This document shows, in pieces, positions 1-10,317 of a DNA stretch of 64,000 nucleotides. Position numbers and translations under genes: made by a program. This DNA comes from an uncultured Sphingorhabdus sp. GTDB lineage: Bacteria; Pseudomonadota; Alphaproteobacteria; Sphingomonadales; Sphingomonadaceae. The notes beneath the pieces were generated by a model. The model was not told the origin of the DNA. It did not search any database and saw only the letters and a list, made by a program, of their open reading frames with translations. The DNA is taken from contig CALDZL010000142.1 in the NCBI GenBank assembly GCA_937944295.1, positions 187-64,186 on the forward strand. Reading direction: 5' to 3'. Every line of letters begins with the position of its first letter. Positions within the stretch are counted from its first letter, which is position 1.

Positions 1-659
1 ATTTGGATGCCTATGCGCTTGAAAGCCACAAACGCGCAATTGCCGCAACCGAAAGCGGAGCATTTGCCAATGAAATTATCGGCATTGAAGTGGACACACC
101 CGAAGGCAAGGTCATGCATAATGTCGATGAAGGCATTAGATTTGATGCTACGATGGAAAGCATTGGCGGCGTCAAAATCCTGCAAGAAGGCGGCGCGATT
201 ACCGCGGCCAATGCCAGCCAGATTTGCGATGGGTCTTCGGCGGTTTTGGTATGCAGCGAACAGGCCTTAAAAGATCATGACCTTACCCCTCGCGCAGTGA
301 TCCGCAATCTCACCGTTACCGCTGGTGATCCAGTTATCATGCTCGAAGAGCCGCTCTTTGCGACTAATCGGGCGTTGGAACGTGCAGGTATGAAGATTGA
401 GGATATTGATCTGTATGAAGTCAATGAAGCTTTTGCACCAGTACCGCTGGCTTGGATGCAACATACGGGCGGCGATCATAGCAAGCTGAACGTCAATGGT
501 GGTGCTATTGCATTAGGGCATCCATTGGGCGCATCAGGCACAAAATTAATGGCAACATTGCTAAACGCGATGGAGAATCGCGGTGCTAAATATGGTTTGC
601 AAACCATGTGCGAAGGCGGCGGCCAAGCCAATGTCACCATCATTGAAAGGCTCAACTAG
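1..659 (+). CDS. Acetyl-CoA C-acyltransferase (thiolase), 5'-truncated by window edge
   Basis: Thiolase C-terminal motifs NEAFA, GGAIALGHPLGASG and MCEGGG. Confidence 0.95.
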   Translation, partial: LDAYALESHKRAIAATESGAFANEIIGIEVDTPEGKVMHNVDEGIRFDATMESIGGVKILQEGGAITAANASQICDGSSAVLVCSEQALKDHDLTPRAVIRNLTVTAGDPVIMLEEPLFATNRALERAGMKIEDIDLYEVNEAFAPVPLAWMQHTGGDHSKLNVNGGAIALGHPLGASGTKLMATLLNAMENRGAKYGLQTMCEGGGQANVTIIERLN

Positions 660-764
660 CCATTATCTGTGATAATAGATAATATGGATCATAAATATTC
701 GACATATTGTCACAGATCATCGACATAATGAGACACATTATACAAATTACAGAAAGTGAATATT

Positions 765-1547
765 ATGGAACTAAATGAGAATGTATCAGCGGTAGTAACG
801 GGCGGAGCCTCTGGATTAGGCGCTGCAACCGCACGTTTATTGGCGTCAAAAGGCGTCAAAGTATCTTTGTTCGATATGAATAAAGAAAAAGGCGAAGAAA
901 CCGCTGCTGAAATTGGCGGCACATTTTGCGAAGTGAATGTTACCGATGATGACAGCGTTGATGCTGGTTTTGAAAAGGCTCGCGCCGCCCATGGTCAAGA
1001 ACGTATCTTGGTAAATTGCGCAGGCATAGGCAATGCTATCAAGACCGCTAGCCGTTCCAAAGAAGATGGCAGCATCAAACATTTTCCATTGGATGCGTTT
1101 AATTTTGTTATTCAGGTTAATTTGGTTGGCACGTTCCGTTGCATTGCCAAATCAGCGGCTGGTATGTTGACGCTTGATCCGCTGGCCAATGGTGATCGCG
1201 GCGCGATGGTAAATACCGCATCTGTGGCCGCCGAAGATGGTCAAATCGGCCAAGCGGCCTATAGCGCATCAAAAGGCGGCGTTGTTGGTATGACATTACC
1301 AATAGCGCGAGATTTATCGCGTGAAGGCATAAGAGTGAACACCATATTGCCCGGTATTTTTGATACGCCATTGCTCGCAGGTGCACCGCAACAAGTGCGC
1401 GATGCTCTGGGCGCTATGGTGCCGCATCCGCCGCGCCTTGGTATGCCCGATGAATATGCCAAGCTTGCTTTATGCATGATCGAAACTGGCTATTTTAACG
1501 GCGAAGATGTACGTCTTGATGGCGGTATCAGAATGGCCCCAAGATAA
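765..1547 (+). CDS. 3-hydroxyacyl-CoA dehydrogenase type II (HSD10-like SDR)
   Basis: TGGASGLG Rossmann motif, NCAG, YSASKGG catalytic YxxxK, C-terminal RLDGGIRMAPR; ATG at 765. Confidence 0.93.
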   Translation: MELNENVSAVVTGGASGLGAATARLLASKGVKVSLFDMNKEKGEETAAEIGGTFCEVNVTDDDSVDAGFEKARAAHGQERILVNCAGIGNAIKTASRSKEDGSIKHFPLDAFNFVIQVNLVGTFRCIAKSAAGMLTLDPLANGDRGAMVNTASVAAEDGQIGQAAYSASKGGVVGMTLPIARDLSREGIRVNTILPGIFDTPLLAGAPQQVRDALGAMVPHPPRLGMPDEYAKLALCMIETGYFNGEDVRLDGGIRMAPR

Positions 1548-1581
1548 ACCAATGATATGCTAAACATAAAGGTGTAGGATT

Positions 1582-2451
1582 ATGACAGATTTCAAACAAA
1601 TCATTTATGATGTGAGCGATGGCGTTGCCACCATAACCTTGCACCGACCTGAAAAAATGAACGCCTTTACCAATGTGATGATGCGCGAAATATGCAGTGC
1701 ATTGGATTTGGCGGATGCAGATGATGCTGTTCGAGCAATTATCTTTACGGGCTCTGGCAAAGCATTTTGCGCAGGTGCAGATTTAACGCCAGATAGCGGG
1801 CATAAACCTTTTGCCAATAATGATCCCGTTGATAGCTATAGCGATGAGCGCGTTCGTGATTCGGGCGGTATATTAACGTTGCGTATGTATGAATGTCATA
1901 AACCCATCATTGGCGCGATTAATGGCGCTGCCGTTGGTATTGGTGCGACGATGCAGCTGCCTATGGATATGCGTCTTGCTAGCACAAAGGCACGTTTTGG
2001 TTTTGTTTTTGCACGGCGCGGTATCGTGCCAGAGGCAGCATCTTCATGGTTTTTACCGAATCTTGTTGGCCGTGCGCAAGCGCTTGAATGGTGCATGAGC
2101 GGCCGCGTGTTTGATGCGGATGAAGCCTTAGCGGGCGGTCTTATCCGTTCTATTCATGAGCCTGATGATTTAATACCAGCCGCCCTGAAATTGGCGCATG
2201 AAATAAGAGATAATACAGCCCCTGTTTCAATCGCACTTACGCGCCACATGCTATGGCGCAACCCCGCCGCAGCGCATCCTATGGAAGCACATAAAATTGA
2301 CAGCCGCGCTATTTACACACGTGCCAAAACTAATGATGCCAAAGAAGGCATTACTAGCTTCTTGGAAAAACGCGATGCGCAATATCCCGATAAAGTTAGC
2401 ACAGATATGCCAGACTTTTTCCCATGGTGGGATGAGGTTGACTATAGCTAA
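1582..2451 (+). CDS. Enoyl-CoA hydratase/crotonase family protein
   Basis: FCAGADL, KPIIGAINGAAVGIG, FARRGIVPE crotonase motifs. Confidence 0.93.
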   Translation: MTDFKQIIYDVSDGVATITLHRPEKMNAFTNVMMREICSALDLADADDAVRAIIFTGSGKAFCAGADLTPDSGHKPFANNDPVDSYSDERVRDSGGILTLRMYECHKPIIGAINGAAVGIGATMQLPMDMRLASTKARFGFVFARRGIVPEAASSWFLPNLVGRAQALEWCMSGRVFDADEALAGGLIRSIHEPDDLIPAALKLAHEIRDNTAPVSIALTRHMLWRNPAAAHPMEAHKIDSRAIYTRAKTNDAKEGITSFLEKRDAQYPDKVSTDMPDFFPWWDEVDYS

Positions 2452-2496
2452 ACGTTACGGCATTGGTACTGATAGCCTTGCTTGGGGGAGGCTTTG

Positions 2497-3114
2497 ATGA
2501 ATGATACGATAAATGATAGTAATACAGCGGAAATCCAGCTTTTGGAAGCTGCGTCCGAAATTATGCGTAGCGGCGATACGATTGATCTCTCGCTGAGCGA
2601 ATTATCCGCCAAAGCGGGCCTTAATAGCGCTCTGGTGAAATATTATTTTGGCAACAAAAATGGTTTGATGCTGGCCTTATTAGAACGGGACATGAGCCGC
2701 ATCGTTCATGATTTAGCAGCGTTAGCGAATAAAGATATGCCTGCTAGAGATAAGGTAGAGTTACATATCGGCAAGGTTATCGATACCTATTATGATTATC
2801 CCTATTTAAACCGCCTATTAATGCGGATGGTGCGCGACAATCCTGCGAAAGAAGCATCAAATATCGCCAAGCAATTTTTAATTCCTATCTCTAAATCTTA
2901 TGATACTCTGATCAAAGACGGTATTAAAGAAGGCGTGTTTCTCAATATTGATCCGCAAATGTTTTACTTCACCGTTACGGGCGCTGCTGATAGATTTTTC
3001 TCGGCGCGATTGGTGTTGCATCATTGTTATGACCAAGCCGATATAACCGATGAAATGCGCGATGGGTATCGTGAACATACGATTAATTTGATCATGCGCG
3101 GCATATTGAAGTAA
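2497..3114 (+). CDS. TetR family transcriptional regulator
   Basis: N-terminal HTH LSELSAKAGLNSALVKYYFGNK; GGAGG RBS before ATG 2497. Confidence 0.9.
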   Translation: MNDTINDSNTAEIQLLEAASEIMRSGDTIDLSLSELSAKAGLNSALVKYYFGNKNGLMLALLERDMSRIVHDLAALANKDMPARDKVELHIGKVIDTYYDYPYLNRLLMRMVRDNPAKEASNIAKQFLIPISKSYDTLIKDGIKEGVFLNIDPQMFYFTVTGAADRFFSARLVLHHCYDQADITDEMRDGYREHTINLIMRGILK

Positions 3115-3130
3115 ATATTATAGTTTAAAA

Positions 3131-4336
3131 TTACTGAGGCCAATCAAGGTCTAAAGCAGCATAAACCTCTGCGCTATCTGCTCCTAATGTAGGCGGGTCT
3201 CCATAGGTGGATGCAGGGGTTTGATCATAACGTACGGGATGACGCATTGAGCGATAATCACCCATTTTTTCGCTTTTCCGTGCTTCAAAAAAATCAACCG
3301 CTTCCAAATGCTCATCATGAAGCACATCGGCAACACGGTTATAGCGCATAGCAGGGATATTATGCGCATCCATCAGCTCTAACCATTCATCAGTAGTTTT
3401 GGTTGCTGTAGATTCCTCAATCAGCGCATAAAGCTCTCCGATATTTTTGGTTCTCTCGCTATAGTCGGCAAAGCGCGGGTCGCTAAAGATACCCGGCTTT
3501 CCTGCAAGTTCAAAGAAAGTTTCCCATTGCGCATCGCTATAGGGAACAAGCGCTATATAACCATCGCTGGTTGGATAAGGCCTGCGCCGCGGGTTGATCG
3601 AACGCGTATAAGCAAGCTTACCATTGCCTGGAATATAGGTTTCACCCCAGAGGTTTTCGACCATATTGAACCATGTGAAACATTCAAACATTGGTACTTG
3701 AACAAATTGCCCACCATGGCCATTGCTGCGGGCAATATAGGCTGCCATAATTGCATTGGCCGCGAACAATCCGCTAACCTTATCCGCCACCAAAGATGGT
3801 GCATAATTGGGGCGCTCTCCATCGCGCAATTCCGACAATGCAGCAAAACCCGATGCCGCTTGAATCAAATCATCATAGGCTTGACGCTCGCCATAGGGTC
3901 CATCTTTACCAAAACCCGCCGCATGCACATAGATAATATCGGGATTAATCGCTTTGACTTCATCATACCCCAGTCCCAGACGTTCCATCCCCGCCATACG
4001 GACGTTATGAAAGAATATATCTGCGCCTTCAAGCAATTTGGTAATGAGGGTTTTGCCTATTTCGGTTTTCAAATTAGCTTTGACCGATTTTTTATTACGG
4101 TTTAGCGCTGCGAATATTGGACCCAAATCACCCGTGGGTGAATCGCCCGCATAGCGCATCATATCACCCGCAAATTTGCCTTCACCATTTTCGATTTTGA
4201 TGACCTCTGCACCAAGGTCAGCCAAATTCAATGTCGCCATTGGCCCCAATACCACGGTCGATGCATCCACCACCTTTAACCCTTGTAAAGGTCCAGATGG
4301 CAATCCATCCCATGATAATTTTGGCCAATCGCTCAT
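3131..4336 (-). CDS. CaiB/BaiF family III CoA-transferase
   Basis: GPLQGLKVVD, LADLGAEVIKIE, LNRNKKS, AYDDLIQA; GAGGAG RBS before ATG 4336. Confidence 0.93.
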   Translation of the reverse strand: MSDWPKLSWDGLPSGPLQGLKVVDASTVVLGPMATLNLADLGAEVIKIENGEGKFAGDMMRYAGDSPTGDLGPIFAALNRNKKSVKANLKTEIGKTLITKLLEGADIFFHNVRMAGMERLGLGYDEVKAINPDIIYVHAAGFGKDGPYGERQAYDDLIQAASGFAALSELRDGERPNYAPSLVADKVSGLFAANAIMAAYIARSNGHGGQFVQVPMFECFTWFNMVENLWGETYIPGNGKLAYTRSINPRRRPYPTSDGYIALVPYSDAQWETFFELAGKPGIFSDPRFADYSERTKNIGELYALIEESTATKTTDEWLELMDAHNIPAMRYNRVADVLHDEHLEAVDFFEARKSEKMGDYRSMRHPVRYDQTPASTYGDPPTLGADSAEVYAALDLDWPQ

Positions 4337-4386
4337 TAAACTCTCCTCATCCATATTTAACTGCACGATTAATATTGGAAATGCAA

Positions 4387-5190
4387 CTATGCTTTAATAC
4401 CGCGCACCCCAACCGCTGGCGGATCAACCGCGCGGCCCGCAAAACATTGCGCAATGCTCATCCAGCGCGTTGCAACACTGCCGCGTACGTCAAGATTTGT
4501 ATCGCCAATATTGCGCACTTGTGTCACCACTTGGCAAAATTCTTCGGCCAATCCTTCTATGCGCTCTTCATTGCTTTCCTCGCCAAAAGTCCATTGTTCG
4601 CCCGAGGGTGCATCCAGCATAAGATAAGGCATATTATCGGGTATATCTTCGCGGCGATTTTTGAACGTCCAGCCAAATGTGTTCACGCCCAATATGGCGA
4701 TATTTTTGATGCCATCATTGTTGATACGTACCACCCCAAGTGTATCATAAATAGCTTGCGCATGCGCCCATGTTTCCATTTGCCGCGCGGTGATGGATGA
4801 GCGCGCTGACATGCTCGGCCCCGCCCATGGAACTCGCATTTTCGGGTCCGTATCGGCAAAAGCCTCGACAATTTTGGGATAATCATTGTGCCAATTATCC
4901 AATAATTTGCGCCCCGATAGACCACCTAAATAGCTACTCTCAAAATCTGGCAAGGAACCATTTTGCAGGCTTCTCGCAACTTTCGAAAAAAATCCTTTAA
5001 AGGCTTCTTCATTCCCTGAAAGCGATAACGCCGCCGCACCATTCCAAACATAGAGATGGCGCAATATCATATCAAAGGTCCAGCCTTTGAAACCCGTTTC
5101 TATGGTAAACTCAGCTTCTTCTAATGGATCAAGCAAAGTATATAATGCGTCGCAATCGGCTTTAAAATCTATCGCTTGCTGCATGTTCAT
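4387..5190 (-). CDS. TIGR03084-type metal-binding protein (DinB/MDMPI-like)
   Basis: T-F-GWT...HL N-terminus, PWAGPSMSARSSITARQMETWAH motif, C-terminal IAQCFAG. Confidence 0.8.
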   Translation of the reverse strand: MNMQQAIDFKADCDALYTLLDPLEEAEFTIETGFKGWTFDMILRHLYVWNGAAALSLSGNEEAFKGFFSKVARSLQNGSLPDFESSYLGGLSGRKLLDNWHNDYPKIVEAFADTDPKMRVPWAGPSMSARSSITARQMETWAHAQAIYDTLGVVRINNDGIKNIAILGVNTFGWTFKNRREDIPDNMPYLMLDAPSGEQWTFGEESNEERIEGLAEEFCQVVTQVRNIGDTNLDVRGSVATRWMSIAQCFAGRAVDPPAVGVRGIKA

Positions 5191-5234
5191 ATCCCTTAAT
5201 ATATATGCTATGACCAAATAATAGCGAAGACATT

Positions 5235-6419
5235 TTATAAATGCACACCCAATATTTCATAGGTTTTATTGATCAAACTTTGCCCGCGATCATTCATCAA
5301 TAATCCTGGTCCCATTTTGTTCATAGTATAGCTGAAAGCTAGGCCATGATCAGGGTCAGCAAAACCAATGGAGCCTCCCGCACCGACATGACCAAATGCG
5401 CCTTCTCCGATAATGCAGGTCATATGTTCACCGCCTTTATGCGCTCTATTGTCCATCGATTTCATAAAGCCTGATGCAAAGCGCGTTGGCACCAACAATG
5501 TCGCATCGATTTGTGTGGCTGTGGAAACGCGGCGCATTTTGTCAATATAATCCGCCGATAATAATGTGACGCCATTATGCGATCCACCATTGGCTAGAAC
5601 CTTGTATATTGCCACTTGGCCGCGTGCATTAGAAATACCGCCAGCACCACCAATTTGTGCTTTCTGCGCCACTGGATCATTGGGCGACCAACCGCCCGTA
5701 TTCATAAAGGATAATGCTTGGATAGAATCGGGTTTCGTCATCAAATTCTGTGCAAATTCCGTGATCATATCTTCGGGTGTTGGCATATGCGGGATAATCG
5801 GTGCGATATGCGGCTTTGCATCATCGGGTAGACCTATCCAATAGTCTATGCCCAGCGGCGCAGCTATTTCATCGCGGAAAAACTCGCCCAGCGACTTGCC
5901 CGAAACACGGCGCACCAATTCGCCAACGGTCCAGCCAAAGCTGACCATATGATAGCCATTGCGTGTGCCAACGGGCCAGTGCGCTTCTTCTTGTTCAACA
6001 CGGCCGATCATATAATCCCAATCATTAAAGCCGCCAGCAGGAATAGGATCACGAAAAGCAGGAACCCCGCTTTCATGATTGAGCATCATCTGCACCGTGG
6101 TATTTTCTTTACCATTTTGCGCAAATTCGGGCCAATATTCTGACACCAAAGCTGCGGGGTTAAGCAGGTCGCGCTCAATAAGCATATGCGCACATAATGC
6201 TGTTGCTGCTTTGGTGCAGGAAAAGATGGTGGACACTGTATCGCGTGTCCAAGGATCATCCGTATCAGCCATGCCGCCCCATAGATCAGCGACGGTTTCA
6301 CCATTTACACTTACGCATAATGATGCTCCCATTTCACCTCTATCGGTAAAATTTTTTGCAAATACATCGCGTAGTGATGCAAATCTCTCGCTATTTATGC
6401 CATCAATTATTCCACTCAT
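5235..6419 (-). CDS. Serine hydrolase (beta-lactamase-like family VIII esterase)
   Basis: SxxK (FSCTK), YWPEFAQNGK, GYH, FGHVGAGGS. Confidence 0.92.
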   Translation of the reverse strand: MSGIIDGINSERFASLRDVFAKNFTDRGEMGASLCVSVNGETVADLWGGMADTDDPWTRDTVSTIFSCTKAATALCAHMLIERDLLNPAALVSEYWPEFAQNGKENTTVQMMLNHESGVPAFRDPIPAGGFNDWDYMIGRVEQEEAHWPVGTRNGYHMVSFGWTVGELVRRVSGKSLGEFFRDEIAAPLGIDYWIGLPDDAKPHIAPIIPHMPTPEDMITEFAQNLMTKPDSIQALSFMNTGGWSPNDPVAQKAQIGGAGGISNARGQVAIYKVLANGGSHNGVTLLSADYIDKMRRVSTATQIDATLLVPTRFASGFMKSMDNRAHKGGEHMTCIIGEGAFGHVGAGGSIGFADPDHGLAFSYTMNKMGPGLLMNDRGQSLINKTYEILGVHL

Positions 6420-6574
6420 ATCGCTCTCCCCATTAAGAGGAATTAGGATGAACCATAGTCAATTCCACTTTGCAACCTATTGTGCGTAAATATATTATCA
6501 TTTGTGATGTTCTCGCTAGTTTTTCTGAAAATAATGGTTAGGGTTGGCTCTGTAATAAATTTAAGGAGAATGAA

Positions 6575-6955
6575 ATGTTTAGCCATATCATGGTCGGCGC
6601 AGATGATGTCAATGAAGCGAAAAAATTCTATGATGCCGTGTTGGGCGCTATGGGTCATCCCGAAGGTGTGATTGATGAAAAAGGCCGTTGTTTTTATATT
6701 ACGCCAACTGGTATTTTCTCAATCAGCAAGCCAATCGATGGACAGGCAGCTTGCGGTATGAACGGTGGTACCGTTGGTTTTCATGCGGCCAGTACCAAAG
6801 AAGCCGATGCATGGCATGCCGCTGGCATAGCCAATGGCGGTACAGCGATCGAAGATCCTCCTGGTGTTCGTGAAGGCGGCATGGGCCCGCTATATCTAGC
6901 TTATCTGCGTGATCCTGCAGGGAATAAAATTTGCGCCCTGCACCGCATGAGCTAA
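6575..6955 (+). CDS. VOC/glyoxalase family protein
   Basis: MFSHIMVG...FYDAVL, AYLRDPAGNKICA; AAGGAG RBS. Confidence 0.9.
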   Translation: MFSHIMVGADDVNEAKKFYDAVLGAMGHPEGVIDEKGRCFYITPTGIFSISKPIDGQAACGMNGGTVGFHAASTKEADAWHAAGIANGGTAIEDPPGVREGGMGPLYLAYLRDPAGNKICALHRMS

Positions 6956-6958
6956 ACC

Positions 6959-8176
6959 ATGCCTGAAACTGCATATCCCGCTATGAAGGCGCTTATTATT
7001 GGCGGTGGTATTGGTGGGTTATGCAGCGCTTTATGTTTATTGGCCAAGGGCTGGCGAGTGAAGGTCATAGAGCAAGCCCCTGTAATAAGTGAAATTGGCG
7101 CTGGGATTCAACTTAGCCCCAATGCAATACAGGTGATGCAGGCATTGGGACTGGGTGATGCCATAAAAGCGGTAGCCTTTCGTCCCGTAGCATCGCAAAT
7201 GCGCGATGGTATAAGCGGTAAAGTTATTATGAGCAGCCCGATGGGAAGCCAGATGCAACGCCGCTACGGTGCTCCTTATTTACACATTCACCGCGCTAAG
7301 CTTATCCATATTTTATTGGACGCGCTTACTGCACAATCCCCTGGTGCCATGAACTTAAATATGCCTGTCATCGGTTATGACCAAGATGAAGTTTCAATAA
7401 AGGCAAAGTTGGCCAATGGCGAAGAAATAGGTGGTGATATTTTAATCGGTGCTGATGGTATAAAATCGGTGATTGCCAATCAAATTTGCGGTCCCATAAA
7501 ACCACAATATACGGGCAATATCGCGTGGCGGATGACTGTTCCGCTGGCAAGGCTTGGTCGCAATATCCCGCCGCCCGCTGCGAGCGTCTGGATGGGGCAA
7601 GGCAAGCATGCTGTTACCTATTTGCTGGGTGATGGATTGGCCAATTTTGTTGGTGTTGTAGAGAGCGATTGGCCTCAAAGTGATAATGATGAAGATTGGT
7701 GTGGGCTAGGAAGTAAAGAAGAAGCTCTAGCTGATTTTGATGGATGGCATCCGATTGTTACGTCTCTAATTGACAAATCCGATACGCATTTCAAATGGGC
7801 TTTATATGATCGTAAGCCCCTATCCCGTTGGCATGATGGCCGTGCGGTTATATTGGGGGATGCTGCGCATGCAATGTTGCCCTTCATAGCACAAGGGGCG
7901 GCTATGGCCATTGAAGATAGCTATATTTTAGCGCAATTATTATCTGCCCACCAGATCAGAGGTGTAGAATCATTGTATAGTCACCGTATAGCGCGCACAT
8001 CCAAGATACAGAAGGCAGCCAATGCCAATATGCGATTGTTTCATCATGAAGATGAAATTAGCCGAATCCGCAAGCAAACATCCTTAAAAATAGCTGATAA
8101 AGTTAGCGGTAATGCAGCCAGCATGATGGCGCTAGATTGGATATATAGGCATGACGTTACGGCGGCCTTGCAGTAA
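6959..8176 (+). CDS. FAD-dependent monooxygenase (salicylate hydroxylase-like, group A)
   Basis: GGGIGG, GAGIQLSPN, GADGIKS, LGDAAHAMLPFIAQGAAMAIED. Confidence 0.92.
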   Translation: MPETAYPAMKALIIGGGIGGLCSALCLLAKGWRVKVIEQAPVISEIGAGIQLSPNAIQVMQALGLGDAIKAVAFRPVASQMRDGISGKVIMSSPMGSQMQRRYGAPYLHIHRAKLIHILLDALTAQSPGAMNLNMPVIGYDQDEVSIKAKLANGEEIGGDILIGADGIKSVIANQICGPIKPQYTGNIAWRMTVPLARLGRNIPPPAASVWMGQGKHAVTYLLGDGLANFVGVVESDWPQSDNDEDWCGLGSKEEALADFDGWHPIVTSLIDKSDTHFKWALYDRKPLSRWHDGRAVILGDAAHAMLPFIAQGAAMAIEDSYILAQLLSAHQIRGVESLYSHRIARTSKIQKAANANMRLFHHEDEISRIRKQTSLKIADKVSGNAASMMALDWIYRHDVTAALQ

Positions 8177-8258
8177 TCATGAAACTATTGATTAGCTTTG
8201 CTTTTCGGACCAATTTGCCTAAGATATCTATCAAGAGATTAAATAGAAAGATCAATTT

Positions 8259-9506
8259 ATGCAGCAACGCCACTTATTAGTGTTTTTAGTATTTGTTGCG
8301 ATCTTCATTTGTTTTATCGACCGCGTCAATATCTCCATCGCCATGATTCCAATGGTCGCAGATTATGGCTGGGATGAGGAAACCCAAGGCCGTATATTAA
8401 GTAGCTTTTTCATTGGCTATGCACTCTTACAAGTCATTGGTGGGCGCTTGGCCGATAAATATGGCGGCAAAATCGTTCTGGGTGTTGGTGTTATTGCTTG
8501 GTCAATCTTCACTGTTTTTACGCCGCCCGCTGCGGCCTTTGGTATAGCCGCGCTTATCATGATGCGTATATTGATGGGTATGGGTGAAGCCGTTGCCTTC
8601 CCATCATTTTATAGCCTATATAGCCGCTGGATTCCGCTGGCTGAACGCTCGCGTGCGGTTGCCATTGCCAATAGTGCTATTGCCGCTGGGACAATATTCG
8701 CTCTTTCCATTACCCCTATCATTGTCATTTATTTGGGTTGGGAGTGGTCCTTTTATCTCTTTGGAGGTGCAGGTTTAATTTGGTGGATCGCATGGCAAGC
8801 GCTTGTAACCAGCTATCCAAAAGATCATCCTAAAATCACAGGCGATGAATTACAGATTATTAATAATGGTATGGGTACAAAAAGTAAAATTAGCAGCCTG
8901 CCGTGGGCCAAAGTTTTCAAAAATACATCGGTCTGGGCGATCATTGTTGCGCATTTTTGCAACAATTGGACTCTTTTCCTTATCTTATCTTGGTTGCCCA
9001 CTTTCTTGAGCGGTGCTTATGGCATTGATATTGCTAGTGTTGGGATATTGGCCATTATGCCGCATATAGGAACCTTTATCTTCCTCAATATCGCAGGCTT
9101 TACAGCCGATTATTTGATCAAAAAAAATATGGAAGTTGTTAAAGTTCGCAAACTGATGATGTGTATTGGTTTTGGCGGAATTACCGCTTCCATGATGTCT
9201 GTAAGCTTTGCTTCCGACGCCTATAGTGCTATTGCCATTATGACGATAGGGGCATGTTTGGGCGCTTTTGTTACGGGTGGTTTTTCAGTTAATCACATGG
9301 ACCTAGCCCCTAACCATGCTGGATCATTGCTGGGTATCACCAATACAGCAGGGACTATCGCAGGAGCTATCAGCGTTTATTTCGCTGGTTTTATATTGCA
9401 GCAAACAAGCTCATGGACGTTGGTTTTCCAACTTGGTGGCTTCGTTACAGCTTTTGGCCTAATATTCTATTTGATATTTGCGAGTAGTGAAAAACAATTT
9501 GATTAA
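8259..9506 (+). CDS. MFS transporter, anion:cation symporter (ACS/SLC17-like)
   Basis: IDRVNISIA, GGRLADKYGGK motif A, about 12 hydrophobic segments, NHMDLAP. Confidence 0.9.
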   Translation: MQQRHLLVFLVFVAIFICFIDRVNISIAMIPMVADYGWDEETQGRILSSFFIGYALLQVIGGRLADKYGGKIVLGVGVIAWSIFTVFTPPAAAFGIAALIMMRILMGMGEAVAFPSFYSLYSRWIPLAERSRAVAIANSAIAAGTIFALSITPIIVIYLGWEWSFYLFGGAGLIWWIAWQALVTSYPKDHPKITGDELQIINNGMGTKSKISSLPWAKVFKNTSVWAIIVAHFCNNWTLFLILSWLPTFLSGAYGIDIASVGILAIMPHIGTFIFLNIAGFTADYLIKKNMEVVKVRKLMMCIGFGGITASMMSVSFASDAYSAIAIMTIGACLGAFVTGGFSVNHMDLAPNHAGSLLGITNTAGTIAGAISVYFAGFILQQTSSWTLVFQLGGFVTAFGLIFYLIFASSEKQFD

Positions 9507-9562
9507 GCTTTATATGGACTCAATCGACTATGGATGTCTATTCTATAATTTGTGCTAGAAAT

Positions 9563-10222
9563 TCAGAGTTCAGGTCCCGTGAAACCCGATAAATCTAGGC
9601 CGTTACCATTCTCACTTTTTTCTTCTGCCGCTTTTCTTTTCTTTTCATCATTGGCTTCGATTAGCGCTAATATTCTGCTTTTACGTGGATCACGTTTGGC
9701 ATAATCACGGGCTGATAGGCCTTGAATAATATCATTACGGTCAGGGTCAGCGCCTGCATCTAATAAAATTTGCACCAAATTTGGACGCCCCAAATGTATT
9801 GCCTTAATGAGCGGTGTTTCACCACTACGGTTAGGAAAATCAACATCTGCATTGCGTCTTAATATAGATTCGACACCTTCAACAAAGTTTAATTCTACAG
9901 CGCGCATCAGCGGTGATAAACCATCTCGGTCTTTTACATCTGGGCGTGCTTTTTTGGCCAGTAAAAAGTTGAGCCATCTAAGGTCACGGCGTTCTACTAC
10001 GATATGTAATGCTGTACGGCCTGTAACGCGTTGTTTGGTGTTAATTAGACCTTGGTCTATAAATTTGGTTGCTTCTGCTCCCTCGCGTTTATCAACGGCC
10101 TGCAGAAATTGATCACTATCCGTATTTGCAAATTGGGCGTGTGCCGAATTTTGGAGGCCCAAAAATAGAGATATTACCAATGCAAGTTTCAAAAAAATAT
10201 TACGGATAGACAAGGATGACAT
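9563..10222 (-). CDS. Exported ankyrin-repeat protein
   Basis: Signal peptide ending AHA; repeats GRTALH, GLSPLM, GETPLI...GADPD. Confidence 0.88.
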   Translation of the reverse strand: MSSLSIRNIFLKLALVISLFLGLQNSAHAQFANTDSDQFLQAVDKREGAEATKFIDQGLINTKQRVTGRTALHIVVERRDLRWLNFLLAKKARPDVKDRDGLSPLMRAVELNFVEGVESILRRNADVDFPNRSGETPLIKAIHLGRPNLVQILLDAGADPDRNDIIQGLSARDYAKRDPRKSRILALIEANDEKKRKAAEEKSENGNGLDLSGFTGPEL

Positions 10223-10317
10223 GCATTAAACCCCAAATATTATATGTTAATAATGTTTCATGGCTCTATAAAGCTATAAGTTGATTCCTCTATTAGCATT
10301 TTCATTGTGGATTTCAA

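Noticed and set aside
3527-4800. 192-aa and 189-aa plus-strand ORFs
   Set aside because: Antisense to well-supported CoA-transferase and TIGR03084 genes; no motifs or RBS
5235-6419. Beta-lactam resistance gene
   Set aside because: No signal peptide and catabolic context; fits family VIII esterase rather than a true beta-lactamase
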